A stretch of 64,000 bases of DNA from a virus, in the IMG/VR virus record IMGVR_UViG_3300030108_003282, positions 1 through 64,000 of that record; one strand, given 5' to 3'. The stretch's first letter is position 1, and the number at the start of each line of letters is the position of its first letter. Under the pieces are notes generated by a model. The model was not told the DNA's origin and made no database searches. It was given only the letters and a program-made list of their open reading frames with translations. A program made the position numbers and the translations under genes. This document shows, piece by piece, positions 28,901 to 38,955 of this stretch.

Positions 28901-31900
28901 ATCAACCCAAATCTTTTAAGACTCGATAAAGTCTTATCAGATTCAATAATTGAACTATGGGAATATGATGAATCTAAATGAGAAACTCTTCTAGTATCAC
29001 CGACAACCGATTCTTTGTTCTCTCCTGAATCGTATTTTAAAAGGTCGCCAAAACTCAAAAGTCCATACTTTTCAATATTTCTTGTTGCACTATTCATCAA
29101 ACTATCTTTTCTTGTAGAAGAGTAAGGATAAATATCACAATTAGCAAATAAAAATAGCCTAGCAGCATTTGGGCTAGGATGATACAAAGTGTCTTCTACT
29201 TCTAAAGAATTAGCAAAACCAGAAGAAAGGGCTTGGTCGCTTAAAACTCTATAGTCATGTGAAACATTCAATGAGGCCGAGTTTGGTAAAATTCTTCCAT
29301 AGTAATTAGAATAGGTAATTGGGCGTAAGCCTCTTCGTTCAATAGGCAACACCCTTGAGTCATAAACATTAGAACCACCAGAAATATTATATTTAACAGT
29401 ATTTTTGCCTTTATATGAAGTAGCATAGTAATTAAAAATGCCTTTGGGTCTAATTATAGAGTTTGGATTATTTAATCTGCCTAAAGTTTGATTTATAGCG
29501 TTAAATCCATTGCTTGGGCCAATAAGACCTTTTTCTAAATTAAAAATTCTAAAAATAGAGTTTCCGAATTTATTGGAGTAAGATATGTGAGAAGAAGTAT
29601 CAAATGTTTCAAATTCAATTATGTTGTTATCTGTTCCTAAAAGACCAATAATTTTTCCACCATGTAAATGACTTCCATTAATTAACTGGAGTTCATGGTG
29701 TATTTTAGATGTTGGGACTTGTATTGATTTTCCAGAAGACCAACCAGAAAGATAAGGTTGTTCTACCGTTGTAAGTAAGAAAGAATCTGAAACAGAAGAA
29801 GAAGGCTGAATTGATTGAAAAAGAAGCCTTCCTACAAATTTTTCATCAACATAAATAGGAGTGTGAAATGGAATACTAAAGGAAGTAAAGTTTCCAAAGA
29901 TTTGACCGTCACTTACAGTAGAAGAAGAAGTGGTTGTTCCTATAGTAGTAAATGTTAATTCGCTTTCATTTTCGTAATTAGTATGGCCTCTTCCTAAAGC
30001 AATTGGAACATGGGGCGCTAATTTTACTACGCTATTTGTTGATTCCTTTCTAATTTGTAATATATTAAAGTCAATTAATGTATTTATAGGCTCGTCCGAA
30101 AATATTGTGCCTTTTGCTAAAAATATAGAATCTTGTGTGCCTACTGAATCTGTTTGGTCTATATTATATCCTATTGCTCTAACATCTGTATTATCAGAAG
30201 TTCCCGATAATTCTTTTACTTCTGCTCCTGAAGAGTCTAATTCTGTTCCATCACGAAATGACAGCCCTTTATTTGCTGCTCCACTTAAATCAGTTGAACT
30301 AGATATTTGTAAGTTTGAAGCCATCGCTTTATTAAATATTACTTGCTTTGTTGCAGTATGCGCTGTTCCCGAATAGTGAATCAAAGGAAAATCTTCTAAA
30401 GTTCCGCTTGTTGAGGAAGAAATGTCGCTTTGTAATTTACCAATAAAACCTATATCTCCAAAAATTTCAGTTCCAGCAGTTAAAGTGACATTTGCTCCAA
30501 ATGTTAATGCTTTGCTCTGTAGGCTTGTTGTAGCAACAGTTGTCCCTAATGAAGTTAATTTTTTGTATGGGCTTCTTGAAGAATAAATAGCATCTAATGA
30601 ATATAATGAATCTCTATTTACAATCGGATTCACCAATTTGCTGAAAGTATTTCTTCCTCCAATTGTTACGATGTTATTCCCATTTTCTATTTTTCTAGTA
30701 ATTTTTTCAATCTTTCCAGTAAAAACTTCATATAAAATAACATATTCTCCATTTACATATTCTAAACCATTATCATCACTATCGTGATAATTATTTTCAA
30801 AATTTAAATACAGTAATTGATAAGTGTTATCAATAGAAACACTAGTATGGGGAGAAAGGGGTGTTTGATATGCTACGACAGTTGCTTCTATTGCTTTAGC
30901 AGAATCCGAATAAAGAACGACTCGTAATCTATCTAAACTGGTATCTTCAAATTTAACACGAGTTAATAAATTACTATTTGATAAATTAAATGCCCTGCGA
31001 TACACCTTTTCTCCGCCAAGTAAAGTGGTCATATCAAAAGTAGTTGTGAATTTTCCTTCTGTCAATAATCTACTTTTTTCGGTAAGAACAATCTCATTAC
31101 CATTACGACTTGAAACGATACAAACCCTATCTCCTATCCTTATTTCATCATTTTGATTAAAGTATTCTGAAATGTTAATATGTTCACCATAGGTAGCATT
31201 TTTTAAGTCATAGAAATATGATGTTGATGAAACAGTCACAAAAGAATCTATTTCTCCTACTTGTACCCAATCATTAAAACTACCAGTTCCTATTGCTTGT
31301 CGGATAATATAATCTTGATTGGTCTGTAATTTTTTTCCTAAAATTTGATTATTATCAATTACTTTAGTTTCTGAATATCCTGCCTTACCATCAATTGATT
31401 CTTCGATATACGAATCAAAAACATTATTTAGTAAATTGCTTTTATTAGGAGAGTCTCTATAATGAGTGTATCTAGTTAAACCATTTAATGAGAGAGAAGA
31501 GTAATTATCATCACTATCCCTTCTTGCATTAATAAAACAATCGTTATAGTCATCATAATCAGTAAAAGTCCCAGAAAGAACAGAACTTTCATTACTAGTT
31601 GCAGTATTGGGGTCATCTTTTAATTTAAGATTATCTTTTAATTTGACAACATAAGAATACTTGCTTGAGTCAATAACTCTATAATGGGTTTCAGCCATTG
31701 TTACGAAAGAAACTTTTTCGGCACTAGCACTTAAATCAATACTATTTCCACTACTTGCTTCGTGTAATCTAACAAAATATTTAGTATTATGGTCTAATTC
31801 ATTATCCTTTACTGTTTTATCATTGTAAAAATACCATAACGGTCTTGATACAACATAATTTGCTCCAAAGGTAGAAGCATCTAAGCCTCCAGTAATTGCG

Positions 31901-32382
31901 ACGATTTTAGTAGAATTAGCAATAGATGGTCCTTTAAAAATCATAAACTTCGTTCCTTTAGCGACCCTATTACCAAATTTAGGCTCAAAAGTAAAGGAAT
32001 CTCCGTTAGAATCAGCGTTTTCTACTGTATCAATTTTAGCAAAGTGATGCATATTAGCATCATCAGAATGGATTAAAACAAAATAAGTGTCTGTTGTTAA
32101 ATCAATACTAGCCAAATCAACTCCATTTGTTCCATCATAACATCTTATAGTGTGTCCGTTTGTATTATCCAAATTAGAATATTCTGTTAAAAGAGCAGTA
32201 CCAACTTTTTCAATAACTGTATTTGCATTTGAACCGAGTAAAGTATCATCAGTATGAATAATTCCAAAAACTCTTTGTGTAAATGCAGTATTTTTAGTTA
32301 TTTTGGGATTAGTAGGAACATCATAATTATTATCTGCCGTAGCATTGTAAATAGAAGTCAAACCGCCAACTGTTAATGTCAT
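25903..32382 (-). CDS. very large (2159 aa) tail-tip/hub protein
   Basis: beta-rich; C-terminal hub-like NEIVVYG...SI..IG.K...GD.V; position after the Dit-like gene. Confidence 0.7.
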   Translation of the reverse strand: MTLTVGGLTSIYNATADNNYDVPTNPKITKNTAFTQRVFGIIHTDDTLLGSNANTVIEKVGTALLTEYSNLDNTNGHTIRCYDGTNGVDLASIDLTTDTYFVLIHSDDANMHHFAKIDTVENADSNGDSFTFEPKFGNRVAKGTKFMIFKGPSIANSTKIVAITGGLDASTFGANYVVSRPLWYFYNDKTVKDNELDHNTKYFVRLHEASSGNSIDLSASAEKVSFVTMAETHYRVIDSSKYSYVVKLKDNLKLKDDPNTATSNESSVLSGTFTDYDDYNDCFINARRDSDDNYSSLSLNGLTRYTHYRDSPNKSNLLNNVFDSYIEESIDGKAGYSETKVIDNNQILGKKLQTNQDYIIRQAIGTGSFNDWVQVGEIDSFVTVSSTSYFYDLKNATYGEHINISEYFNQNDEIRIGDRVCIVSSRNGNEIVLTEKSRLLTEGKFTTTFDMTTLLGGEKVYRRAFNLSNSNLLTRVKFEDTSLDRLRVVLYSDSAKAIEATVVAYQTPLSPHTSVSIDNTYQLLYLNFENNYHDSDDNGLEYVNGEYVILYEVFTGKIEKITRKIENGNNIVTIGGRNTFSKLVNPIVNRDSLYSLDAIYSSRSPYKKLTSLGTTVATTSLQSKALTFGANVTLTAGTEIFGDIGFIGKLQSDISSSTSGTLEDFPLIHYSGTAHTATKQVIFNKAMASNLQISSSTDLSGAANKGLSFRDGTELDSSGAEVKELSGTSDNTDVRAIGYNIDQTDSVGTQDSIFLAKGTIFSDEPINTLIDFNILQIRKESTNSVVKLAPHVPIALGRGHTNYENESELTFTTIGTTTSSSTVSDGQIFGNFTSFSIPFHTPIYVDEKFVGRLLFQSIQPSSSVSDSFLLTTVEQPYLSGWSSGKSIQVPTSKIHHELQLINGSHLHGGKIIGLLGTDNNIIEFETFDTSSHISYSNKFGNSIFRIFNLEKGLIGPSNGFNAINQTLGRLNNPNSIIRPKGIFNYYATSYKGKNTVKYNISGGSNVYDSRVLPIERRGLRPITYSNYYGRILPNSASLNVSHDYRVLSDQALSSGFANSLEVEDTLYHPSPNAARLFLFANCDIYPYSSTRKDSLMNSATRNIEKYGLLSFGDLLKYDSGENKESVVGDTRRVSHLDSSYSHSSIIESDKTLSSLKRFGLMRLTELVTDYAYNPINPEEEIDENRYIEKLDKVFNYDVETVVDSGGTAISISATSDYGTFSGRDSTVTITGTPTNLQVNDLLVDLAENVIWGEVNSTPTGASVSINVNHLSNNGALYTGTLRRISATESNTVFSDISGKEANSVIYKIASEKQSGLHPNKNMFFASARVFCDDNTGSSLNPNNKFFDKYSEKLLKIARSGENYGMVSPFVFSENQTRAFLIDRVSQTCSTNGTTTLTVQDSSKLEVGAYVGVGAIGETTNFGIAAGVYITAIGGSTTVTLSAAASATHTGSLTFITKRPKKNFHLSRIFKQLDYANLPTIDYTEYGLANMTRHKVVLLKGYSVESGRDVEAGETHTLGGLSLEHLTDGSNDLVVPLYDDSRYSILGDVSGNNNFTSLAGAYSGYKFFFISGETGTSASSGIGLKSATSYPIEKKASGNKTYYQFKFSHKGKYNFLQFLDLTGCYLVPIKGQDTTGATIDSSNAFSKDVHVDNFAYVVSHVYDTSTSVSDDEDFSFITLDVDISHSDFNGIVFKIMQPNPVCFWNTSPKEININQLSSAYTKKPNSSEMYGQIKVYGNKDAGITEDNSGTSISDLNEGILSMYCVIDLDNIGQSNKTVLRSRTELQNLITADGMNVEICASDGETNVVGNLTGSSRSSQKIHSLSFENLKYLQGAVSISETFELKINGDIKNTDKRAIIGATLDISREAEELVEELFIENDISHSLVSSDYSIFASPDFQGSSLYTLAKYLLNLKDKTLFDNAGTITSRDILDSNTITKYEFDDDNIIEYELVDSGFDFYNEIVVYGSSHKAIKKNIRSIKNIGKKTLEVFDKKLKSQSDVDKRAFELLNIHNNDTGNLEIKTHIRDAETVSSGDIVIVEIKQENIPRNLYMVLEMKYEISGLTTLVLGKYKKGVEDRFSELLLSNKQTDSYLRKKDFLENDFNFDFFENIKIKEINLVLRKRTQTGITLGFSHTLNTDTSTIGFGGGTITHTTLLEEDL

Positions 32383-33506
32383 AAGTTTTCCTCCTCAAAT
32401 TGCAAAAATAAAAGAGTTTCTGAAAATTTTGGCATAAGACTATTTAAATATCTAAATGATTTTTGATAACTGCCAACAACACAAAGTTCATGTATCTCTC
32501 CCATAAATTGACAATCAGTAGAAGCATTATTATCAGAAGTCGTTTTCTTTCCTATAACAATGTCTTCTCTACCAAAAGTTAAGATTTCAGACGCTAGTGT
32601 TTTTGTTGTCGTATTAATTAAAGAGCCATTATAATACATATTTATTTTTTGAGAAGTTGAAGAATATGCAACCGCTATGTGATGTATATTATCAATGTAT
32701 TTTGGTTCTTTATATGTTCTAGTAAATAGCCTAGTGCCTAATGAAAGCGCACTTGTTGTAGAAGTATCTAAAGTAATTCTACCGCTACTTGGAACATCTA
32801 CTCCTGTAATTGTTCCCAAAAGAGTAAAATCAAATTCATTTTCTCTTATGAAAACTTCTTGCCCTACTCCAAATTTAGTAGTATCTGCTCCAATAACTGC
32901 TGATGCAGAAGACTGGCCGGGAATAACTGAACCAGCATCATTAAATCTAATTCTACCGTCCTCTGTAAAGCCTTCAATATAACTATTATAATTTGCATTT
33001 CCGTATTCATAAGAGCGTGAATTAGAAGAGGTTATAACTGCGCTTGATTGAGAAGAACCTGTACCGCCACTATAAGAATATTCAATTCTAATTCCATACT
33101 CGGCAGGTTGATTTACATTATTTGTTGTAGTATTGACTAAATATAAAGAAAAATTAGCACATTTGAAAAAACACATTTTATGCCCAAATCTATCGCTCGT
33201 TGGTAGGTAGGTTTCGCTTAGAAAAGTCCCTGTTCCGTTAGCGGGCATAACGCCCCTTCTGTTATTCTGTGCTAAACGGTCCCTTCTGCCCGTTGCTCCA
33301 CTTCCGTTTATGTCATAGGGGGTGATAAGGGCTTCTACCGTCCAGTCGCCCTCATGCGCCCATATCCCATAAGGAATATCATCGGTTGTGTCGCTTGGGG
33401 TGGACTCTATATCAGGAATATTATCGGTATAACTAACCGAAACATGAGAATTGCACATAATAGGAAAAACTAAACTTTTCCTCTTACCTACATAAACATC
33501 ATACAT
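32379..33506 (-). CDS. LamG/concanavalin-domain tail protein
   Basis: WTVEA, HHIAVAY...MYYNG, FMGEIHE. Confidence 0.75.
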   Translation of the reverse strand: MYDVYVGKRKSLVFPIMCNSHVSVSYTDNIPDIESTPSDTTDDIPYGIWAHEGDWTVEALITPYDINGSGATGRRDRLAQNNRRGVMPANGTGTFLSETYLPTSDRFGHKMCFFKCANFSLYLVNTTTNNVNQPAEYGIRIEYSYSGGTGSSQSSAVITSSNSRSYEYGNANYNSYIEGFTEDGRIRFNDAGSVIPGQSSASAVIGADTTKFGVGQEVFIRENEFDFTLLGTITGVDVPSSGRITLDTSTTSALSLGTRLFTRTYKEPKYIDNIHHIAVAYSSTSQKINMYYNGSLINTTTKTLASEILTFGREDIVIGKKTTSDNNASTDCQFMGEIHELCVVGSYQKSFRYLNSLMPKFSETLLFLQFEEENL

Positions 33507-33516
33507 TGATAGCACC

Positions 33517-34146
33517 TCAAGGGAAAATATTTGCTTGTTTAAATTCCATGCTAAATTCTACTTCTGTAGTTTCACCGCTTAGTGTAAAATTAAAAGATTG
33601 AATATAGCCACTAATTCCATCGGCTGTTTGTGTATCTGGAAAATTAAAAGGAAAAGGTACACGTTCATTATCTTTATCATTTGCTTCTCCCCTTGCACTA
33701 AAGGTAAATGGAATCAAATCGCCTCTTGAACCAACGCCTGAAGCAGAATCTCTATCAACAAAGGAAGAATCAACATTAGAAGGTATAAGAATTACTAGTT
33801 CATTAAAGTTTTGATATTTAGCGATACTAGATGAATCAACGCTTGCGGCTATCATTTGAGCAATTTCCTGAGCAGTAAAGAAAACAGAACCCGAAGTGTG
33901 GCTCTTTGTTATGTTTGCATCAGTAATGAACCCACTAAGAGAAATGGTTTTTTCAGCCGCACCAAAGTCAGCACCAACAGTTAATGACTCACCAGTAGCA
34001 ATACTTGATAAAGGAATAGTAAAATCTAAAACTTGACGACTAACTGAAATGCTTAAATTATTTATTCTTAGAGGAATAGTATCTGTAGTTAAATCAGTAG
34101 AGCCTTTAGCAAAAGCATTAAGTTTTAAATATACATAACTACTCAT
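33517..34146 (-). CDS. distal tail (Dit/tube-initiator-like) protein
   Basis: follows the tape measure gene; ISLSG and GYIQSFNFT tube-fold strands. Confidence 0.6.
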   Translation of the reverse strand: MSSYVYLKLNAFAKGSTDLTTDTIPLRINNLSISVSRQVLDFTIPLSSIATGESLTVGADFGAAEKTISLSGFITDANITKSHTSGSVFFTAQEIAQMIAASVDSSSIAKYQNFNELVILIPSNVDSSFVDRDSASGVGSRGDLIPFTFSARGEANDKDNERVPFPFNFPDTQTADGISGYIQSFNFTLSGETTEVEFSMEFKQANIFP

Positions 34147-34150
34147 TTAA

Positions 34151-35812
34151 TCACCTCATTATTGCAGAAGATGTGCTTCTATTGACAGAATTATTAACCA
34201 TATTTCCTATTTTTTGTGCTATTCTTCTAAGTTCTGCATCAGATGTATCTTTTGCATTAATCGTAATATTGAAATTATTAACAGGGCTAGAATTAGAAAT
34301 CATCTTTTTACTTTGTGAATTGGAATGAACCCTTGAACCTCTTGGTAATGAAACTAATTCTGCTCCTCTTTCTCCAACAACTGCTAATCCTCCTGAAGAA
34401 GTTCCTCCTTTAGAAAAACCTGGAACTATATCAGCCAACTTTTTAACTGCAAATGCCGCTACTTTGTATAAAACTATGCCAATTGTTAATGCCAACCAAA
34501 CAGGCGCACCCATTATAAATGCAATAAGACCACCGACAACTAAAAGAATAGCAGGTAAAGCCTTAAGGAAGTTTTCTGTGTTTTTAAAAGCATTACTTAT
34601 GAAACCTTTTAATCTATCAAATGCAATTCCTACAAATTCTACAACAAATCCACCTAAAGCAACTAATAATGTCCCTACAACCCCTAAAGCAAATTGTAAT
34701 ATGCCAAGACCAATTAGAATAACCCCGTCAATAACATCATTTAAACTACCCCCTTCTCCGAAGAATCCTTTAAAAATGCTTTGTATTCCTTCCCACACTA
34801 GCATTATTCCACCAAGAGCAATAGTAGCCACTTGTAATATTGCAGGATAAATAGTTTTAAGTGTTTCAATAATAGTTTTCCCAACCGTTTTATATAAAAT
34901 ATATGCTATGGTTAGGAAAAGAGTAGCATATAGCATCACTTTACCAAAAAATACAAGTGACTTTGCTAAAAATTGAGGTGCGGCTTTCAATCCTTTAATA
35001 AATTTATTTGTAAACTTACCCATTTTACTCATTTCGATAGCACTATCTCTTGATTCTTCTAATATTTTAATTTGTTCCTCTATATCTTCTATTTCTCGTT
35101 TTCCTGCATCACTACTAGCATAAGACCTAGAATCCTTAATGGTAGAAAGTTTATTCTTTTCTTCTTTTATTAAACTGTTATAAAATTTAGAAGTTTCTCC
35201 TATATCCCTAGCCTCTGCTATTCCTGATTTTATTTTGCTTATTATATTAAAGTCGCCCTTCTTCATTTTCATTGCTTTAGGTAAAGACAATATTCCTCTA
35301 GTCATTTTTTTGAATATATTATCTATATTTTCTCCGTCTTCTCCCGTTTTTCTAAATACTCCGCCTAAAAATCTAAAAGAAGTAGATAATTTATTCACTA
35401 ATCTAAACATTCCAGGCGGTAAAAACCCATACATAACTTTTCTTGCTAGTGAAGCCTCTACACCAAAGATTTTAACTCTTTGATTAGTTGATGATAATGC
35501 TAAGTCAAAGAAATCGAAGGCGTTTCCACCCGAAGCAATAAAAGCATCAAATGATTTTTTAGAAAAAATTTCAAATTTTCTTACTTCTAATCCACCCGCT
35601 TCTAATTGCTTAAAAGCGCGATTAAGAGTTTCTTCTCTCGTAACCAATTCTTTATTAAGTGCTTTTTCTGTCTTTTCTGCTTTTTTGGTTTGTTCAGTAA
35701 ATGTCTTTTGTGATTTAGCAAAATTATCTAAAGTATCTGTTAATTTATCCATAGTGGCTTGCATTGTCTCCAACATCGCATTATTTTGCCTTAATGTTGC
35801 AGTATATGTCAT
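34151..35812 (-). CDS. tape measure protein
   Basis: helical with hydrophobic segments; FSKGG...VGERGAELV motif; follows the chaperones. Confidence 0.85.
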   Translation of the reverse strand: MTYTATLRQNNAMLETMQATMDKLTDTLDNFAKSQKTFTEQTKKAEKTEKALNKELVTREETLNRAFKQLEAGGLEVRKFEIFSKKSFDAFIASGGNAFDFFDLALSSTNQRVKIFGVEASLARKVMYGFLPPGMFRLVNKLSTSFRFLGGVFRKTGEDGENIDNIFKKMTRGILSLPKAMKMKKGDFNIISKIKSGIAEARDIGETSKFYNSLIKEEKNKLSTIKDSRSYASSDAGKREIEDIEEQIKILEESRDSAIEMSKMGKFTNKFIKGLKAAPQFLAKSLVFFGKVMLYATLFLTIAYILYKTVGKTIIETLKTIYPAILQVATIALGGIMLVWEGIQSIFKGFFGEGGSLNDVIDGVILIGLGILQFALGVVGTLLVALGGFVVEFVGIAFDRLKGFISNAFKNTENFLKALPAILLVVGGLIAFIMGAPVWLALTIGIVLYKVAAFAVKKLADIVPGFSKGGTSSGGLAVVGERGAELVSLPRGSRVHSNSQSKKMISNSSPVNNFNITINAKDTSDAELRRIAQKIGNMVNNSVNRSTSSAIMR

Positions 35813-35816
35813 TTAA

Positions 35817-36050
35817 TCACCTAATTTTGTTCATATTATTTTTTGTATTTTTTTCCATTTTATCCATTTCTTCTTGTTCTAGTTCTAGCATTACTTTATG
35901 AATGGATAATAAATCAATAACTAATGAAGATGGCATTTTGTAAATTTCAAGAGGACTTATTCCTAATGCTTTCGCCAATGAATAAACTATGATTAAGGAA
36001 ATATGTTCAGGAGAGCCTTTTCCTCCCTTCAATATTCCCTTTAATTTACG
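35817..36050 (-). CDS. tail assembly chaperone, frameshifted extension (gpT-like)
   Basis: -1 frame continues from the slippery site; LAKALGISPLEIYKMP is typical. Confidence 0.75.
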   Translation of the reverse strand, partial: RKLKGILKGGKGSPEHISLIIVYSLAKALGISPLEIYKMPSSLVIDLLSIHKVMLELEQEEMDKMEKNTKNNMNKIR

Positions 36051-36409
36051 TTTTTTTCTTCATCCTCCTCTAACGCATTAAATGGGTTTGGGAGAATTTC
36101 TTTTAACTGATTGCCGATATACGGCGTGAGTCGTAAAATGTCAATCGCAGAAAGACTTGGTTCTGTCTTTACTACGAAATTTTCAACCATGAATCTAAAC
36201 ATAGCGTTTAGGTCTAACTCCATGTCTTGACGCTTTGCATCAATCTTCATCATGGCGTTCATGGCTTTATCAACCTCAAGCCATGTGGGTTCTTTTACCC
36301 ACACTTTGAGGTATTCTTCTTTTTCGGGTGCTACACGAATATAATGCAGCGTAGGCTCGGTTAGTGCAAAAAGCACACTTTTATCTGATACAATTTTTCT
36401 GTTCAACAT
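36041..36409 (-). CDS. tail assembly chaperone (gpG-like)
   Basis: between tube and tape measure genes; VKEPTW; ends at the slippery site. Confidence 0.8.
   Translation of the reverse strand: MLNRKIVSDKSVLFALTEPTLHYIRVAPEKEEYLKVWVKEPTWLEVDKAMNAMMKIDAKRQDMELDLNAMFRFMVENFVVKTEPSLSAIDILRLTPYIGNQLKEILPNPFNALEEDEEKNVN
36050..36056 (-). promoter_or_regulatory. -1 ribosomal frameshift heptamer A AAA AAC
   Basis: GAA AAA AAC GTA AAT TAA; -1 frame reads K-R-K-L-K-G-I-L-K-G-G into the downstream ORF. Confidence 0.85.
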
Positions 36410-36458
36410 TTTATCCACCTTTTATACCAACAAACAAACAAACGGTGTTGGTGGAATA

Positions 36459-36566
36459 TCATTCTGCTAACTTAGACTTTTGAGTAGTTTTCTTTTCTTT
36501 TTTTGGTTTTTTATCCTGTGCTTTTAGTGCCTTAACTAAGGCTAATTTTTCTGCTCTTGAAACCAT
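36459..36566 (-). CDS. 35-aa Lys-rich peptide (not in track)
   Basis: MVSRAEKLALVKALKAQDKKPKKEKKTTQKSKLAE; GGGGTGA SD. Confidence 0.55.
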   Translation of the reverse strand: MVSRAEKLALVKALKAQDKKPKKEKKTTQKSKLAE

Positions 36567-36570
36567 GCTA

Positions 36571-38412
36571 TCACCCCTGCAAAACCCAATGTGTTTTAAC
36601 GGTGCAAAGACTTAAATTTCTCGGCATAACTGTGGCTTCTACTGCAATTGGCCCTTTATCATCAGCGATTGGGAAATTGTTAGAACTTACCATGTAATCA
36701 GTAAAGTTTAAAGTAATTGCTTCACCGTTAGGCTTAGTGAAAATTAATTCAATAGTCTGTGTAATATTTTCAGTATCATCTCTAAGTGCCTTATATAATG
36801 CATTATCAGTCACATGACCTGTAAATGAAATTTCATAATTTCTTTGAGCAGGAATAGCCTCTTGAACTTCTTTGCTTCCAACACCTAAAAACCTACGGTC
36901 TTGGAGATTATTGTTCATAGTCAATGTTAGAGTATTGATTTTCAAAAACTCTTGTCCTAATACCTTAAAGGTTCCATCGGAGAAGAAAAATGGCTCTCGG
37001 AACTCTTGTGCTGCATTTGCACCAGTTGTTTCTGCTTCAAAATTAAAGAAATCTTTTTCATTAGAAACTGCGCTTCTAGCATCATATTGCTCTCCTTCTT
37101 TTGGAGAGTGAACATTTCTAGTATTTAGGCTAAGAGTCATTTTAACCTCTTCATTTTCATTTGCGGTCATTGTTAAAGTATTAACCCTACATCCTCTTGC
37201 GATTTGAACAAAAGAATTATCTTCATCTTCTGTTAAAGTAAATGTAAGAGAAGAACCCGTAGCAGTAGCATTGTTTGTCAATTCTGCTCTAACCCCGCTA
37301 ACAATTTGTGCAATACGAGTATGGGCAGGAATACCAGTTCCACTAATTAACATTCCAACCTGCATTAAAGCAGAATTAGCATTATCAGTAAATGTAATTG
37401 TGGTATCTCCTGAAGTTGTGCTTCCGCCAGTAATTGAAATAGAAGTTGTATCTGTTCTAAACGGGGTAGTGGCCGCTAATTTACTATCACTTCTTTCAAT
37501 AGCAAAAGAAGGTAAATTATCCGAATCCGATTCAGCAAAGGTATAAGTGATGGGATTGGTAATAGAGCCACTTGAAATACTCGGTCTAGTCAAAACATCC
37601 ATATTCGTTATATTAGCAATTTCATTATCTGCTAAAGGAGGACAAATATCTGTTCCTACACTCCTATAAAAAATAGGGCCAGTTTCAGTAAATGATGCTA
37701 AAGTTTTTCCAGCACCAACAGGAACATTAGTTCCGCTTGCATCTAAGCCTTCAATCAAAACTTTATTTGATTCACCAGCAGTAAATCTATCTGTAATTGA
37801 AGAACCAACCGCTTCGGTTGAGCAAATTAGGCTTGTGCATCTTCCTAAGAAATAATAAAGCCAAGCACCATGATTTGCTACCAAATTTAAATCAGCCGTC
37901 CCAAAGTTCGTAATCCCTTTGTATTGGTAAGTAAAGTTTCTTGAGCCACCGAGACTTAAATTAACTTGCTTAAAGTCAGGCTCAACTGTTGGGAAAGTAG
38001 CACTTTCAAGAACACCTAACCATTGGTCAGAAAGAAGTCTTTTTGCGGTTGAAGTAGTTGAAGGAGTGGGTGCGCCATATGCACGAATAACGAAATAGTC
38101 ATCTGCATGGGGCTTAAATGAATGTGTCGTAGTAATAGTTGTGGCGGTATTTGATTTAATTCTATGAACTGAGGCTAAGGTATCGTCTGCCCCAGTATAT
38201 CTTTCAATTAAACAACCAATATACAAATCCTCCAATAAAGAAAAATTTGTTAAAAACCCAGAGGATGCTTTAACTTCATTAGTTGTTAATGAGCCGTTTG
38301 TTGGGAATGCTGAATCGTCATCCTGTCGCCCTACCCCTAAATATAAATCACATTCAGGAATAAATGTTAAACTAGTGCCAGCCCCTAAAAATATATCTTT
38401 GTTTAATACCAT
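36571..38412 (-). CDS. major tail tube protein with inserted domains
   Basis: LPSFAIE, GCRVNTLTM, PFFF.DG, NNNL...R...ISFT tube motifs. Confidence 0.85.
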   Translation of the reverse strand: MVLNKDIFLGAGTSLTFIPECDLYLGVGRQDDDSAFPTNGSLTTNEVKASSGFLTNFSLLEDLYIGCLIERYTGADDTLASVHRIKSNTATTITTTHSFKPHADDYFVIRAYGAPTPSTTSTAKRLLSDQWLGVLESATFPTVEPDFKQVNLSLGGSRNFTYQYKGITNFGTADLNLVANHGAWLYYFLGRCTSLICSTEAVGSSITDRFTAGESNKVLIEGLDASGTNVPVGAGKTLASFTETGPIFYRSVGTDICPPLADNEIANITNMDVLTRPSISSGSITNPITYTFAESDSDNLPSFAIERSDSKLAATTPFRTDTTSISITGGSTTSGDTTITFTDNANSALMQVGMLISGTGIPAHTRIAQIVSGVRAELTNNATATGSSLTFTLTEDEDNSFVQIARGCRVNTLTMTANENEEVKMTLSLNTRNVHSPKEGEQYDARSAVSNEKDFFNFEAETTGANAAQEFREPFFFSDGTFKVLGQEFLKINTLTLTMNNNLQDRRFLGVGSKEVQEAIPAQRNYEISFTGHVTDNALYKALRDDTENITQTIELIFTKPNGEAITLNFTDYMVSSNNFPIADDKGPIAVEATVMPRNLSLCTVKTHWVLQG

Positions 38413-38442
38413 GCTAAAACTCCCCCTTTCCTAACAAACTTA

Positions 38443-38955
38443 CTAGGGAATACTTAATGCAAATCTTTTCGCTTCTAAATTGACTTTATATCCGAATAAA
38501 CGCTTGGCTCTATCATTTGATTCGCTTCTTGAACCAACGAACAACTGATTGAACTTTGAACCATCACTTGCGGTATAGCCCTTGCGCTTACCCTCAAGAA
38601 CCCTACGCAGAATCAAGTATATAGCCCTTAGCCTATCTTTTCCGTGTGAGGCATCTGCTCCACCCCTCTCATCATGTAATACTCGGATATGAATAGTGAA
38701 TGAATAAGTTTCATTTCTAACATCATAATGAATTGTTGGATATTCAATTGTTTGTGAGTCTTCAAAAACAACAATAGTAGCAGGACTTCTGCTTAAATCA
38801 ACACGAACACCTTTATTAGCAGATAGTGTTCTAATATCAATAAATTCAGGAATAACTGCATGGTCGGCACTAATTGTCCCTGCGCTAACAAGAGCAGTAG
38901 CATTAGAAGACCAATTACTTGATAGTAAATCTAAGAGAAGAGAGACTTCATCAAT
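38443..38955 (-). CDS. tail terminator/completion-like protein, inferred ATT start (not in track)
   Basis: 170-codon open frame (M)DEVSLLLDLLSSNW...FALSIP; GGAGGT 6 nt before ATT; position directly before the tube gene. Confidence 0.75.
   Translation of the reverse strand: MDEVSLLLDLLSSNWSSNATALVSAGTISADHAVIPEFIDIRTLSANKGVRVDLSRSPATIVVFEDSQTIEYPTIHYDVRNETYSFTIHIRVLHDERGGADASHGKDRLRAIYLILRRVLEGKRKGYTASDGSKFNQLFVGSRSESNDRAKRLFGYKVNLEAKRFALSIP

Noticed and set aside
36571-38412. Tail sheath (contractile tail)
   Set aside because: Motifs match a tube protein enlarged by insertions; no sheath or baseplate wedge genes recognised.
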